Counted from the first letter of the stretch, positions 41,678-51,644 are shown. The stretch is DNA of 64,000 bases from Smithella sp. PtaU1.Bin162 (GCA_002068015.1 MVRV01000029.1:114426-178425); one strand, 5' to 3'. A program made the numbers and translations. Notes: generated from the sequence alone by a model not told the origin.

Positions 41678-42067
41678 ATGAGCGAACCGGTACGAATTCT
41701 TATTATTGATGATGAAGAATCATTTACATTCTTTGTGAAATTGAATCTGGAAACAGACCCGCGTTTTGCAGTTGTTACAGCCAACCGCGGAGAAGAAGGA
41801 TTGAAACTTGCGAAATCCATGAAACCGGATTTGATTCTCCTCGATATAATGATGCCCGGCATGTTCGGAACGGAGGTGGCCCAGAGTCTGCTCGCTGATG
41901 ATCATACTAAAGATATTCCCGTCATTTTTCTTTCTGCTGCCATCAGAAAAGAACAGGCTGAAAAAGATGGTGGTATGATCGGCGGACGGGATTTGATAGT
42001 CAAACCGGTTACGAAAGAGGAATTGACGAGCCGGATCGAAACGGCTCTGCGCTTGAAAAAGAAATAA
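41678..42067 (+). CDS. single-domain CheY-like response regulator (paralog 1)
   Basis: 129 aa with ILIIDDE, DLILLDIMMPGMFG and VKP motifs. Confidence 0.9.
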   Translation: MSEPVRILIIDDEESFTFFVKLNLETDPRFAVVTANRGEEGLKLAKSMKPDLILLDIMMPGMFGTEVAQSLLADDHTKDIPVIFLSAAIRKEQAEKDGGMIGGRDLIVKPVTKEELTSRIETALRLKKK

Positions 42068-42116
42068 AAAAATATCAGATCAGGTGTTACGCGCGGTAAG
42101 TATTGCAGGAGGTAAT

Positions 42117-45100
42117 ATGGGCAAGCTGCTTCGGGTATTGGTTGTTGAAGATTCGGAAGATGATTTTTTATTATTGCTGCGCGTTTTGAAAAAGGGCGGG
42201 TATGATGTCCAGGCTTGCCGTGTGGACACTGCCGGCGCTTTGTCCGATGCAATTCGGGAGAAAAAATGGGATGTTTTGCTTTGCGATTACAAGATGCCGA
42301 CATTCAGTGGACGCGCCGCTATAACTCTTCTGCATGAAAAGAATCTAGATATTCCCTGCATCATTGTTTCCGGCGCCATCGGTGAAGAAACGGCCGTGGA
42401 ATGCATGCGCCTGGGCGCGCATGACTATGTTATGAAGGGCAACCTTTCCTGTCTTGTTCCGGCTATAGAAAGAGAGATCGCAGAAGCAAAAACCAGAGAG
42501 GAAAAACGGCGCACCGAAGAAACTCTCAAAAAAAGCGAAGAGAAATTCAGGTTTCTGGCCGAAAATATGGCCGATATCTTATGGTCGGCCGGTCTTGATT
42601 TGCGCACAACCTATGTTACCCCATCGGTAAAAAAATTGCTGGGATTTACCCCGGAAGAAAGGGTTTTACAGACACTAGAACAACAGCTGACACCGGATTC
42701 ATTGGCCCGGGCGCTGGATACTTTATCCCGGGAACTCGCAGTCGAAAATCAAGGCGATCAAGACCCGCAAAGAACAGCGGAACTGGAGCTGGAATTCTAT
42801 CATAAAGACGGATCCACCCGTTGGTTGGATGTCATTGCAAAAGGGACGAGAAACGAGGAGGGTGTTTTAACAGGCATTCAAGCTGTGGCCAGAGATGTCA
42901 CTGCACGCAGATTTGCAGAAGAGGCACTCAGAGAAAGCGAAGCCCGTTTCCGCACGCTTGCTGATTCCGGGCAGGCATTGATCTGGACTTCGGATGTAGA
43001 TAAGAAATGCAATTACTTTAATCAGACCTGGCTTAATTTTACCGGCCGGACCATGGAGCAGGAACTGGGTGACGGCTGGGCCGAAGGGGTGCATCCCGAT
43101 GATCTGGAAAGATGCCTGAAACTCTATACCACTGCTTTTGACCGCCGGGAAAGTTTCAGTATGACCTACCGGTTAAGGCGTTACAACGGAGAGTATCGCT
43201 GGATTCAGGATGACGGAACTCCGCGGTACAACTCCAAAGGAGAGTTCATAGGATATATCGGCCATTGCCTGGATGTTACGGAGCGTATACTGACCGAGGA
43301 ATCGCTCCGCATGAGCGAATTCCGTTATAAAGAAATGTTCGAAAACATGAGTACTTGTGTGGCTGTATATGAATCAGCAAACAACGGAGAAGACTTTGTT
43401 ATCAGACATTTCAACCGGGCGGCGGAAAAAGCGGAAAAAATCGACAGACGAAAACTTATCGGCAAATCAATACTCAAGGTGTTTCCCGGAGCCGCGGAGA
43501 TGGGTATCGTTGAAGTTTTGCAAAGAGTGTGGAAAAGCGGACAGGCGGAACATGTTCCTGCATCATTCTACCGGGATGGACGCATTTCCGGATGGCGGGA
43601 AAACTATATTTACAAGCTGCCCACCGGGGAAATTGTAGCATTATATAATGATATTACCGAGCGTAAAAAAGCGGAAATAAGAATATTTGAAAGTGAAGAA
43701 AAATACCGCCTGCTCGTGGAAAACAGCAGCGAAGCAATTTTTATAACCCAGAATAATATGCTGCAGTTCGTCAACCGGGCGTCATTGACATTGTTCGATA
43801 CTGCTTATGAGGTTTTGATTTCGACTCCCTTTATGGAATTTATTCATCCGGAAGATCGTGAAAAAGTGATCTCATTGCATTTAAGCAGACTTAAAGGGGA
43901 AAAAGTATCTCCCAATCATACTTTCCGAATTGTTACAAAAGAAGGGATTGTTAAATGGGTGGAAATGCATTCCAGCCTTGTCTCCTGGCAGGGGAAACCA
44001 GCCACCCTGGATTTCTTGAGTGATGTTACCAAACGCGCGCAGGCGGAAAAAGCAGTCCGTGATATCAGTGCAATACAAAACCTTATTCTGGAAAACAGTT
44101 CTCTGGGAATTGTCTTCGTTCGCAACCGTATTTTTGAATGGGTAAATAAACGCTTCGCCGAGATATTAAAGATGCCCATCGAAAAAGTGCAGGGTACCAC
44201 CGCGCGCATTATGTATCCTTCCGACGAAGCTTATGAAGAAGTGGCCAATACGGCTTACCGGGATCTGGCTGAAGGGAAACGTGCAGATCGTGTCTTTCAG
44301 CTTGTCCGTGGTGATGGAAATTCTTTCTGGTGCCGTTTCTTAGGCAAAGCCCTGAATCCGGCCAAGCCTCATGATGGTTCCATCTGGATGTTTGAGGATA
44401 TTACCGAACGCAGACAGATGGAGGAGGCGCTGCAGGAAGCTCAAAAGCAATTGCAGGATGCCTATCATCTGGCCAAGATAGGAAGCTGGATTTGGAACTG
44501 CAATAAAAAGACAGTAACCTGGTCGGATGAGATCAGTTCTATGGCTGGTCTGGACAAACAATCAATGGTTTTTCCTGATAATAAACATCCTCGCATTTAT
44601 ACGCAGGAAAGCTGGGATCTTCTGAAAGAGGCGGTTGTGGTTTCTCTCTCCACAAGCCGCCAGCAACAGCTGGAACTGGAGGTCGTGCAACCGGACGGTA
44701 ATCATCGCTGGGTTAACTGGATATGCAACGTAATGCGGGATAAAAAAGGCAAGATTATCGGTTTGCACGGTACGATCCAGGATATCACCGACCGCAGACA
44801 GGCGGAAGAAGCAGTGCGGGAAAGCGAAGAGCGCTTCAGAAAACTGTTTGAAAATCACTCGGCAGTCAAACTTCTGATTGATGCCGATACGGGAAAAATT
44901 GTCGATGCCAATAACGCGGCCGTAAAATTTTACGGCTGGCCGAAGAATCAGCTTCTCCAAATGAGGATAAGTGATATCAATATACTTCCTGTCGGGCAGA
45001 TAAAAGAAGCCATAGAAAAAGTCAAAAATGAAAAAAGGGTTCAGTTTGAATTTCAGCACCGGCTGGCCGACGGTTCCATCCGGGATGTGGAAGTGTTCAG

Positions 45101-46319
45101 CAGCTGTATAGAAATAAAAGGGAAAACAATGCTCCATTCCGTGATTCATGATATTACCGAACGCAAAAAGACGGAAGAACTCCTGAAGATAAGTGAAAAA
45201 AAGTACCGTAATATATTTGAAAATGCCATGGAAGGGATTTTTCAAAGTACTGTCGATGGGCGGTATATAAGCCTTAATCCCGCTTTTGCCCGAATCAGGG
45301 GTTATGATTCGCCGGACGAGATGATTCGCATGACCGGTGATGTTCAGCGGCAGACTTACGTTCATATTGAAGAGCGGACCAGAATGATCGAAATACTCGA
45401 TCAACAGGGATTTGTTAATAATTTTGAAATTGAGGCCAAACGCAAGGATGGCAGCAAAATCTGGGTGTCCATGAACGCGATACCCGTCCGTGACGAAAAC
45501 GGTAAAATCATCATGATTGAAGGTACTATCATGGACATTACCGAACGTAAAAAAATGCATTTGGAATTACAGAAAAAGAATCTGGAATTGGCCCGGGCTT
45601 ATGAGGAACTGAAAGCCCGGCAGGATATGATTATCGATCGGGAAAAGATGGCATCAATCGGGATGCTCTCCGCCGGAGTTGCCCACGAAATCAAAAATCC
45701 CCTGGCGATTATGCTGCAGGGGATCAACTATCTGCAGTCGCCGGCCAGAGACGATTCCATGCAGCAGGAAGTGCTCGCAAGGCTCTACGATGCGGTGCGC
45801 AGGGCAGACGTAATTGTCAAGGGATTACTTAGTTACGCCCGTCAGACCCCGCTTTCTTTACGAGCATATAACATTCGGAAATTGATTGATGACTGCCTGG
45901 CGCTTACGGAACATGAATTGCACAAAAAAAATATTCGTATCGTCAAAAATTATTGGCTGGATTTGCCCGATGTTATTGTCGACATGAACCAGATTCAACA
46001 GGTGTGCATTAATTTGATTATTAACGCTATAGAGGCAATGTCCAAAGACGGTGTATTGACCATCAGCGCCAAACGAATTACGGATAATGCCGGCAAAGAA
46101 TTTCTCGAAATCACGGTTTCCGACACGGGGCATGGAATTCCTGCAGATAAACTTGTGAAAATATTCGATCCGTTTTATACTACTAAAACTATCGGAAGCA
46201 CGGGGCTCGGTCTTTCCATTTCCCGGGGAATTATCGAGAAGCATGGCGGAACACTTAAGGCGGAAAGTGAAGAAGGGCATGGTGCCAGCATGATCTTTAC
46301 ACTGCCTGTAACATTATAA
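42117..46319 (+). CDS. giant signalling protein: N-terminal receiver, about 8 PAS domains, HisKA, HATPase_c
   Basis: The ATG at 42117 follows GCAGGAGG. It has a receiver (VLVVEDSEDD...LCDYKMPTFSG), eight S-box-type PAS units each ending in DITERK-like linkers, the H-box AGVAHEIKNPL, and G-boxes (DTGHGI, GLGLSI). Confidence 0.92.
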   Translation: MGKLLRVLVVEDSEDDFLLLLRVLKKGGYDVQACRVDTAGALSDAIREKKWDVLLCDYKMPTFSGRAAITLLHEKNLDIPCIIVSGAIGEETAVECMRLGAHDYVMKGNLSCLVPAIEREIAEAKTREEKRRTEETLKKSEEKFRFLAENMADILWSAGLDLRTTYVTPSVKKLLGFTPEERVLQTLEQQLTPDSLARALDTLSRELAVENQGDQDPQRTAELELEFYHKDGSTRWLDVIAKGTRNEEGVLTGIQAVARDVTARRFAEEALRESEARFRTLADSGQALIWTSDVDKKCNYFNQTWLNFTGRTMEQELGDGWAEGVHPDDLERCLKLYTTAFDRRESFSMTYRLRRYNGEYRWIQDDGTPRYNSKGEFIGYIGHCLDVTERILTEESLRMSEFRYKEMFENMSTCVAVYESANNGEDFVIRHFNRAAEKAEKIDRRKLIGKSILKVFPGAAEMGIVEVLQRVWKSGQAEHVPASFYRDGRISGWRENYIYKLPTGEIVALYNDITERKKAEIRIFESEEKYRLLVENSSEAIFITQNNMLQFVNRASLTLFDTAYEVLISTPFMEFIHPEDREKVISLHLSRLKGEKVSPNHTFRIVTKEGIVKWVEMHSSLVSWQGKPATLDFLSDVTKRAQAEKAVRDISAIQNLILENSSLGIVFVRNRIFEWVNKRFAEILKMPIEKVQGTTARIMYPSDEAYEEVANTAYRDLAEGKRADRVFQLVRGDGNSFWCRFLGKALNPAKPHDGSIWMFEDITERRQMEEALQEAQKQLQDAYHLAKIGSWIWNCNKKTVTWSDEISSMAGLDKQSMVFPDNKHPRIYTQESWDLLKEAVVVSLSTSRQQQLELEVVQPDGNHRWVNWICNVMRDKKGKIIGLHGTIQDITDRRQAEEAVRESEERFRKLFENHSAVKLLIDADTGKIVDANNAAVKFYGWPKNQLLQMRISDINILPVGQIKEAIEKVKNEKRVQFEFQHRLADGSIRDVEVFSSCIEIKGKTMLHSVIHDITERKKTEELLKISEKKYRNIFENAMEGIFQSTVDGRYISLNPAFARIRGYDSPDEMIRMTGDVQRQTYVHIEERTRMIEILDQQGFVNNFEIEAKRKDGSKIWVSMNAIPVRDENGKIIMIEGTIMDITERKKMHLELQKKNLELARAYEELKARQDMIIDREKMASIGMLSAGVAHEIKNPLAIMLQGINYLQSPARDDSMQQEVLARLYDAVRRADVIVKGLLSYARQTPLSLRAYNIRKLIDDCLALTEHELHKKNIRIVKNYWLDLPDVIVDMNQIQQVCINLIINAIEAMSKDGVLTISAKRITDNAGKEFLEITVSDTGHGIPADKLVKIFDPFYTTKTIGSTGLGLSISRGIIEKHGGTLKAESEEGHGASMIFTLPVTL

Positions 46320-46337
46320 TGTCAAGGAGGGTGGATT

Positions 46338-46730
46338 GTGGGAAAACCTATCAATATCCTGGCTGTAGATGACGAAGAATCATTTACCTTTTTTGTAAAG
46401 CTGAATCTGCAAAATGATTCACGCTATGAATTCAACGTCACAACGGCCAACGGCGGAGAAGCAGGATTGAAACTGGCCAGGAAAATCAAACCGGATTTGA
46501 TTCTGCTTGACATAATGATGCCCGATATGAGCGGCACGGAGGTTGCCGAAAAGCTCCTGGAAGATCCCCGTACAAAAAGTATTCCCATCATTTTCATGAC
46601 TGCTGTAGTGCAAAAAGATGAAGTTGCGGAAGAAGGTGGCATCATGGGCGGTCGCGAATTTATCGCCAAACCGGTCGAAAAGGACGAGCTCATCGATCGG
46701 ATTGCCGCAACCCTGAATTTGCCGCGCTAG
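46338..46730 (+). CDS. single-domain CheY-like response regulator (paralog 2, GTG start)
   Basis: 130 aa, roughly 60% identical by eye to 41678-42067, with a shared DDEESFTFFVKLNL and KPDLILLDIMMP. RBS AAGGAGGG lies upstream. Confidence 0.9.
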   Translation: MGKPINILAVDDEESFTFFVKLNLQNDSRYEFNVTTANGGEAGLKLARKIKPDLILLDIMMPDMSGTEVAEKLLEDPRTKSIPIIFMTAVVQKDEVAEEGGIMGGREFIAKPVEKDELIDRIAATLNLPR

Positions 46731-46864
46731 TTTGCTGTTGACCGCAGCCGCAACTCCAGGAGGAATTTTCGGGCAATTTTAACCGCCGAGCGATGACATT
46801 TGCCTGGTCAGATTCCCGTTGACGAATATCTTTACTCAAGATAGAAATAATACCAGGTGTTTTT

Positions 46865-48214
46865 ATGCAATCCCGTATTCTGGTTATAGATGATGATGCC
46901 GTTGCCTGCGAGTTTCTGCAGGAGGCACTCTCCCGTGAAGGTTATGACGTAGTCACTTATACCTCTGCCCTGGAAGCGCTGGGGCAGGATCTCTCCCGCT
47001 ATGATTTGCTGATGTCTGATATCCGGATGCCCGGTATGGACGGGTTGCAGCTGCTGGGAGAGGTGCAGAAAAATTGGCCGAATCTGCCGGTAATTCTCAT
47101 GACCGCCTACGGATCGCTCGAAACCACAATGGAAGCGATCAGCCTTGGTGCCTGGGATTACATCAGCAAGCCGTTTTCTCCGGATGACTGCCGGGCGATC
47201 GTTAAAAAAGTGCTGGAAGTGCGGGAATTGCGGGAAAAACGCCTGAATCTGCAGCCGGAAGAGTCGGCAGGTCCGAAATTCATCGGTTCTTCGGCGACGA
47301 TGGTTGATTTTTATAAGCAGATTGCCCGGGTCGCGGATTCGCCGGCCAGTGTATTGATTGAAGGCGAAAGCGGTACCGGCAAGGAGCTCACCGCCCGCTC
47401 TCTGCACAACATGTCTTCCCGCCGTACCAAACAGTTTGTCGTTGTCCATTGCGGTGCCATTCCCGACAACCTTCTGGAATCAGAATTATTTGGTTATGAA
47501 AAGGGCTCGTTTACCGGAGCCGACCATCAGCATATCGGCCTTTTGGAGTCGGCGCAGGGCGGCACAATTTTTCTGGATGAAATCACCGAGATGTCCACCG
47601 CTCTGCAGGGGAAATTGCTGCGGTTCATGCAAAACGGCGAAGTGCGAAGAATCGGCGGCCATGAAGTAAGGTATGTCGCCGTAAGAGTGCTGGCGGCGGC
47701 CAATAAAAATATTGATGAGGAAGTGCGGCAAAACCGTTTCCGCCTGGATCTGCTCTACCGCTTTATCGTGCGGCTGCGTATTCCGTCGCTGCGCGAACAT
47801 AAGGAAGACATACCGCTTTTGATCGAAGCCATGCTGAAAAAATTCGGTTACCCCGGTGTGCGTATTTCCGTTGAAGCCATGGAACTTTTGATGGCCTACG
47901 AATGGCCCGGAAATGTCCGGGAATTGGAAAACATCTTGCAGCAGACACTGCTTCTTTCGCCTTTTGTAGTAATTTTACCGGAAAATCTGCCGCAGCGTTT
48001 TCAGCGGCAACAGGAGAGCAGAGAAAACGGCGGCCTCATGGACATGACTCCTCTGGAGGAAGCGGAAAAGAACAAGATACTGCAAATCCTGCAGGAAACT
48101 TCCTGGAACCAATCCAAAGCAGCGCAGATTTTGGGTATTGACCGCAAAACCCTGCGCCTGAAAATAAGACGTTATGGACTGCTTGATGGAAAAATACCCG
48201 GCATTAATCTTTAA
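46865..48214 (+). CDS. NtrC-family sigma-54-dependent response regulator
   Basis: 449 aa with a receiver (ILVIDDD...SDIRMPGMDG), AAA+ ([23 protein letters not shown]) and a Fis-type HTH (KAAQILGIDRKTLRLKI). Confidence 0.93.
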   Translation: MQSRILVIDDDAVACEFLQEALSREGYDVVTYTSALEALGQDLSRYDLLMSDIRMPGMDGLQLLGEVQKNWPNLPVILMTAYGSLETTMEAISLGAWDYISKPFSPDDCRAIVKKVLEVRELREKRLNLQPEESAGPKFIGSSATMVDFYKQIARVADSPASVLIEGESGTGKELTARSLHNMSSRRTKQFVVVHCGAIPDNLLESELFGYEKGSFTGADHQHIGLLESAQGGTIFLDEITEMSTALQGKLLRFMQNGEVRRIGGHEVRYVAVRVLAAANKNIDEEVRQNRFRLDLLYRFIVRLRIPSLREHKEDIPLLIEAMLKKFGYPGVRISVEAMELLMAYEWPGNVRELENILQQTLLLSPFVVILPENLPQRFQRQQESRENGGLMDMTPLEEAEKNKILQILQETSWNQSKAAQILGIDRKTLRLKIRRYGLLDGKIPGINL

Positions 48215-49655
48215 TGCCGGCAATATCTTTGGCCAGTTTCTTTTTCTGTTCCAGATTTCCCTGCCGGGCGATCATGATCCGCTGCGCCTGAGGCGAACCT
48301 GCGCCGTGCATGGATTCCGTGCGGTATCCGACAGCGGCCGTGCCCAGGGTAATATTTTCGATAAGACGCATAATCCGGCAGCGGTGTTCCGTGGACACCG
48401 AAGCCACACCCCGGAAATATTTCTTCACAACAGGGCCTATTTCCGGATGACGCAAATCACGCTCTGAAGCCAGTGTTACCATCAAACCTCCGGCGAGATC
48501 TTCCGCGAGCCTCGCGATTTCATAGGGCAGCCGGGTGACGTTCTGCTTACAGACGTTCGCAAGCAACAGGTTGATCAGATAAGTTCCGGAAGCGGTTTTA
48601 TTTCCTTCCGCCGAGCAGGCAATCCCGCAGGCGTAAAGTGTTTCATTGAGATGCATCATTTCAATCAGTTTGTCTTTAACATGGGAGGCTTTAGCCGCGC
48701 CGTTGTAATCGGCGGCGAGAGCCGCCGCACCGATGAGTACATCTCCTACGCCGACTTTGCAGCCGCCGTAGCTCTGGCGGTGATAGCCGGCAAAACGTTC
48801 CACCAAAAGACCACTGAATTCGTACTCGCCGCACATGAATACATTCTCCCAGGGCACAAATACATTGTCGAAAACCATCAGGGCTTCGTGACCGCCGAAG
48901 TTGTAATTGCCGACATCAATATTCCCGCCTTCCAGTTTCCGCGTATCACAGGATTGGCGTCCGTAGATATAGGAAATACCTTCCGCATCGGCCGGAGCAA
49001 CAAAAGAAAGAGCATAGTCGCTGTCTTCTTTAGTCATGGCGATAGTCGGCATTACTAAAATCCAGTGGGAGTTGATCGCTCCCGTTTGATGGGCTTTGGC
49101 GCCCCGGACGACAATGCCGTCTTTCCTTCTTTCCACGATGTGGGTAAATAAGTCGGGATCGGCCTGGCGGCTGGGGGGCAGGCCGCGGTCTCCTTTGGGA
49201 TCGGTCATGGCGCCGTCTACGGTCATGTCTTCATCCTGCATACGGCGCAAAAACTTCAGGAATCTTTCATGATAGGAAGTGCCTAGTTTCTTATCCATTT
49301 CAAAGGTGACACTGTCCACGGCATTGACGGCATCCATCCCGACGCAGCGCTGGAAACAGGCCCCGGTTTTCTGTCCCAAAAGCCGCTGCATCTTGACTTT
49401 TTTGACCAGATCCGTTGTGCTTTGATGCAGATGGCAAAAACGATTGATTTTTTGTCCCGTAAGATGCGATGTCGCCGTCATCAAATCTTCATGCTCCGGG
49501 TCGTGGGCAAGTGCATAAGTCATTTTTACCGAATTCATGGAGGGACGGATAATGGGATGATCCACCGGATTAACAATCCTCTCACCCATCAAATAGACTT
49601 TAAGCTTTAATTTACGTAAACTTTCTTCATACTGGGCGGCGGTTTGAAGTGCCAT
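48204..49655 (-). CDS. abfD: 4-hydroxybutyryl-CoA dehydratase / vinylacetyl-CoA delta-isomerase
   Basis: 483 aa, collinear with my recollection of Clostridium aminobutyricum AbfD. Matching segments include KVKMQRLLGQKTGACFQRCVGMD, FAGYHRQSYGGCKVGVGD and MHGAGSPQAQRIMI. The [4Fe-4S] ligand context C..C / H..C is present. Confidence 0.9.
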   Translation of the reverse strand: MALQTAAQYEESLRKLKLKVYLMGERIVNPVDHPIIRPSMNSVKMTYALAHDPEHEDLMTATSHLTGQKINRFCHLHQSTTDLVKKVKMQRLLGQKTGACFQRCVGMDAVNAVDSVTFEMDKKLGTSYHERFLKFLRRMQDEDMTVDGAMTDPKGDRGLPPSRQADPDLFTHIVERRKDGIVVRGAKAHQTGAINSHWILVMPTIAMTKEDSDYALSFVAPADAEGISYIYGRQSCDTRKLEGGNIDVGNYNFGGHEALMVFDNVFVPWENVFMCGEYEFSGLLVERFAGYHRQSYGGCKVGVGDVLIGAAALAADYNGAAKASHVKDKLIEMMHLNETLYACGIACSAEGNKTASGTYLINLLLANVCKQNVTRLPYEIARLAEDLAGGLMVTLASERDLRHPEIGPVVKKYFRGVASVSTEHRCRIMRLIENITLGTAAVGYRTESMHGAGSPQAQRIMIARQGNLEQKKKLAKDIAGIKD

Positions 49656-49753
49656 TGAGGGAAGCCTCCTTTATGCAATTATTTTTATTTCAGATTTTTC
49701 CATTCAAATTTTTATATTGTTTTCCAATGCTCAACGCTATGAGCAGTTCTTTG

Positions 49754-51298
49754 CTATGCAATTCTCGCTCCTTCATCCGAGACAGGTAAAAACAGAGTGA
49801 CGGAAGTTCCCCGATGAGGCGTGCTTTGGATTTCCATTCTACCGCCGTGAGTTTTGACGATATCCCGGACAATGGCCAGGCCCAAGCCGCGCATACCTTC
49901 ATCCTTGTGGGAGCTATAAAATGGTTCGCATGCTTTGTCCAGCATTTCCTGGGTCATCCCCTGGCCGGTATCGCTGACGGTGATTGCCGCCATCCTCTCC
50001 GCAGGCATAGCCCGGGCCGTAACTGTTATTTTTCCTCCAGCGGGCATAGCTTCCAGAGAATTTTGAATAATATTGAACAGTGCTGTTTGGATGCGGTAGC
50101 GATCAAGATATAGATGCGGGATAGCGGGATCAATATCTACGTTTATGGAAACGGCTGTTTTCTGCATCACCGGTTCCACAAGCGGTAATGTTTCGTTTAA
50201 GATGTTCTGAATAGTCAGCATTTCAAAATGTGGTTCCGGCATTCTTGTGGCCCGGCGGACATTTTGGATAACATTATCCAGACGTTGAGTCTGCTGAACG
50301 ATTAACTGCAGCTTGTGGGATACATCAGGCGGCCAGCCTTCACGCTCCAGAAGAAGTTTGGCGAGCCCCGCAATGGAGTGCAGCGGTGTGCCTAAGTCAT
50401 GGGCAAGATTGGCGGTTAAATGTCCCAGGGCCGTTAATTGCTGTAAATCGTCAACCTGTTTTTGCAAATGGACCACCTTGAGAGTTTCTTCTTTGACGCG
50501 GTCTTCCAGATGCCTTGTCAAATCCAGATTTCTGGCCATTACCTGCTGAATTTCGGCGGCCATCATATTGAAATGGTCAGCGAGCTGCCCCCATTCATCC
50601 TGCCTGACGATTGGAATATGTTTAATGTATTGTCCCTTTTGGGATTCATCAATTGTAGCGATGATAAGTTTTAACGGGTGGCCGATGATCCAGCCGTAAC
50701 TTATGCCCAGGACGAGCAGAATAACCAGTAATAACCCGGCACTGCTTAAAATTAACAGGCGGTTGGCACGTGTCATGATTTCGGCATTGGTGCGGGAAAA
50801 ACCGATGATGGCGACAATAGTCCGGGAATCTTTAGGCTCCCCCGGCACCGGATAGATAAGACCCAGAGCCGGGCCGCTTTCCATATCGATTCGGATGTAA
50901 TCAGGATCATTGCTTTTCATAGCCTTGGCGATAATGTTATCCGGCCATTCGTATTGAACACGGCTCGCGCCGGCAATATAATCAATGTTGCCACGGCTGG
51001 TGTGAAAAATATCTATCCGCGCCAGACGCATATCCGCTTGAACGATGTCTTTCATGGCCGTGTCGAGGGCAGTCAGGCCTCGTTTTGTGGGAAAATTCTG
51101 ATAAAAAGTGCCGACTGTTTCGGCGACTCCTTCCAGCCTTTTTACCTGCATGTCAACAAGGATGCGGTCGAGGGCAGTAAGCTGAATGAATCCCCAAATG
51201 GCCATGGTTAGAGCAAGGCCGGCGACGGTCAGGATAATCAGCTTGGCTTTGACGGTGGAATTATAGGAAATTATTTTCTGCAATAATTTATTAAACAT
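49754..51298 (-). CDS. sensor histidine kinase (periplasmic domain, HAMP, HisKA, HATPase_c)
   Basis: 514 aa with two TM helices, a HAMP-like linker, the H-box LAHDLGTPLHSI, and N/G boxes (IIQNSLEAM, DTGQGM, GLGLAI). Confidence 0.9.
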   Translation of the reverse strand: MFNKLLQKIISYNSTVKAKLIILTVAGLALTMAIWGFIQLTALDRILVDMQVKRLEGVAETVGTFYQNFPTKRGLTALDTAMKDIVQADMRLARIDIFHTSRGNIDYIAGASRVQYEWPDNIIAKAMKSNDPDYIRIDMESGPALGLIYPVPGEPKDSRTIVAIIGFSRTNAEIMTRANRLLILSSAGLLLVILLVLGISYGWIIGHPLKLIIATIDESQKGQYIKHIPIVRQDEWGQLADHFNMMAAEIQQVMARNLDLTRHLEDRVKEETLKVVHLQKQVDDLQQLTALGHLTANLAHDLGTPLHSIAGLAKLLLEREGWPPDVSHKLQLIVQQTQRLDNVIQNVRRATRMPEPHFEMLTIQNILNETLPLVEPVMQKTAVSINVDIDPAIPHLYLDRYRIQTALFNIIQNSLEAMPAGGKITVTARAMPAERMAAITVSDTGQGMTQEMLDKACEPFYSSHKDEGMRGLGLAIVRDIVKTHGGRMEIQSTPHRGTSVTLFLPVSDEGARIA

Positions 51299-51343
51299 AG
51301 GCGGAACTTATATAGCAGAAAGATTAAAAATTAACCAGAAGGG

Positions 51344-51380
51344 TAAAAAAAAGAAAGGACAGGGAAAACCTGTCCTTTCT
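51344..51380 (-). terminator. rho-independent terminator after the Ala/Lys-rich gene
   Basis: 12-bp stem AGAAAGGACAGG/CCTGTCCTTTCT (51352-51380) with a 5-nt loop, followed on the minus strand by an 8-T run. Confidence 0.75.
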
Positions 51381-51407
51381 TCAATTTTCTTTAAAACAAA
51401 GATAAAA

Positions 51408-51644
51408 TTATTTTGCGGCCGGAGCTGCTGCTTCAGCTTTCTTCTCTTCAACGGCTTTCTTTGCTTTCTTTGCTTTTTTGGCTTTCTTTGCCGGAGCTTT
51501 CTTCTCTTCAGCAGCCGGAGCCTTTACTTCTTCTTTAGCAGCGGGAGCGGCGGCAGCGGGAGCGGCAGCAGGTTTATCAGCGGCCATAACGGTGGTGCAG
51601 AATGCAAAAACCAATGCGACTACGAACAATACTAAACGTTTCAT
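51408..51644 (-). CDS. small secreted Ala/Lys/Pro/Glu-rich low-complexity protein
   Basis: 78 aa. It has a signal peptide MKRLVLFVVALVFAFCTTVMA/AD, then AAPAAAAPAAKEE...KKAKKAKKAKKA. A strong RBS GAAGGAGG lies 8 nt upstream and a terminator lies downstream. Confidence 0.65.
   Translation of the reverse strand: MKRLVLFVVALVFAFCTTVMAADKPAAAPAAAAPAAKEEVKAPAAEEKKAPAKKAKKAKKAKKAVEEKKAEAAAPAAK

Noticed and set aside
44562-45560. 332-aa antisense ORF inside the giant PAS kinase. Similar cases are at 28388-29020, 25683-26321 and 16661-17278.
   Set aside because: These are the same codon-composition artefact. The sense-strand proteins have strong family signatures and the antisense ones have none.
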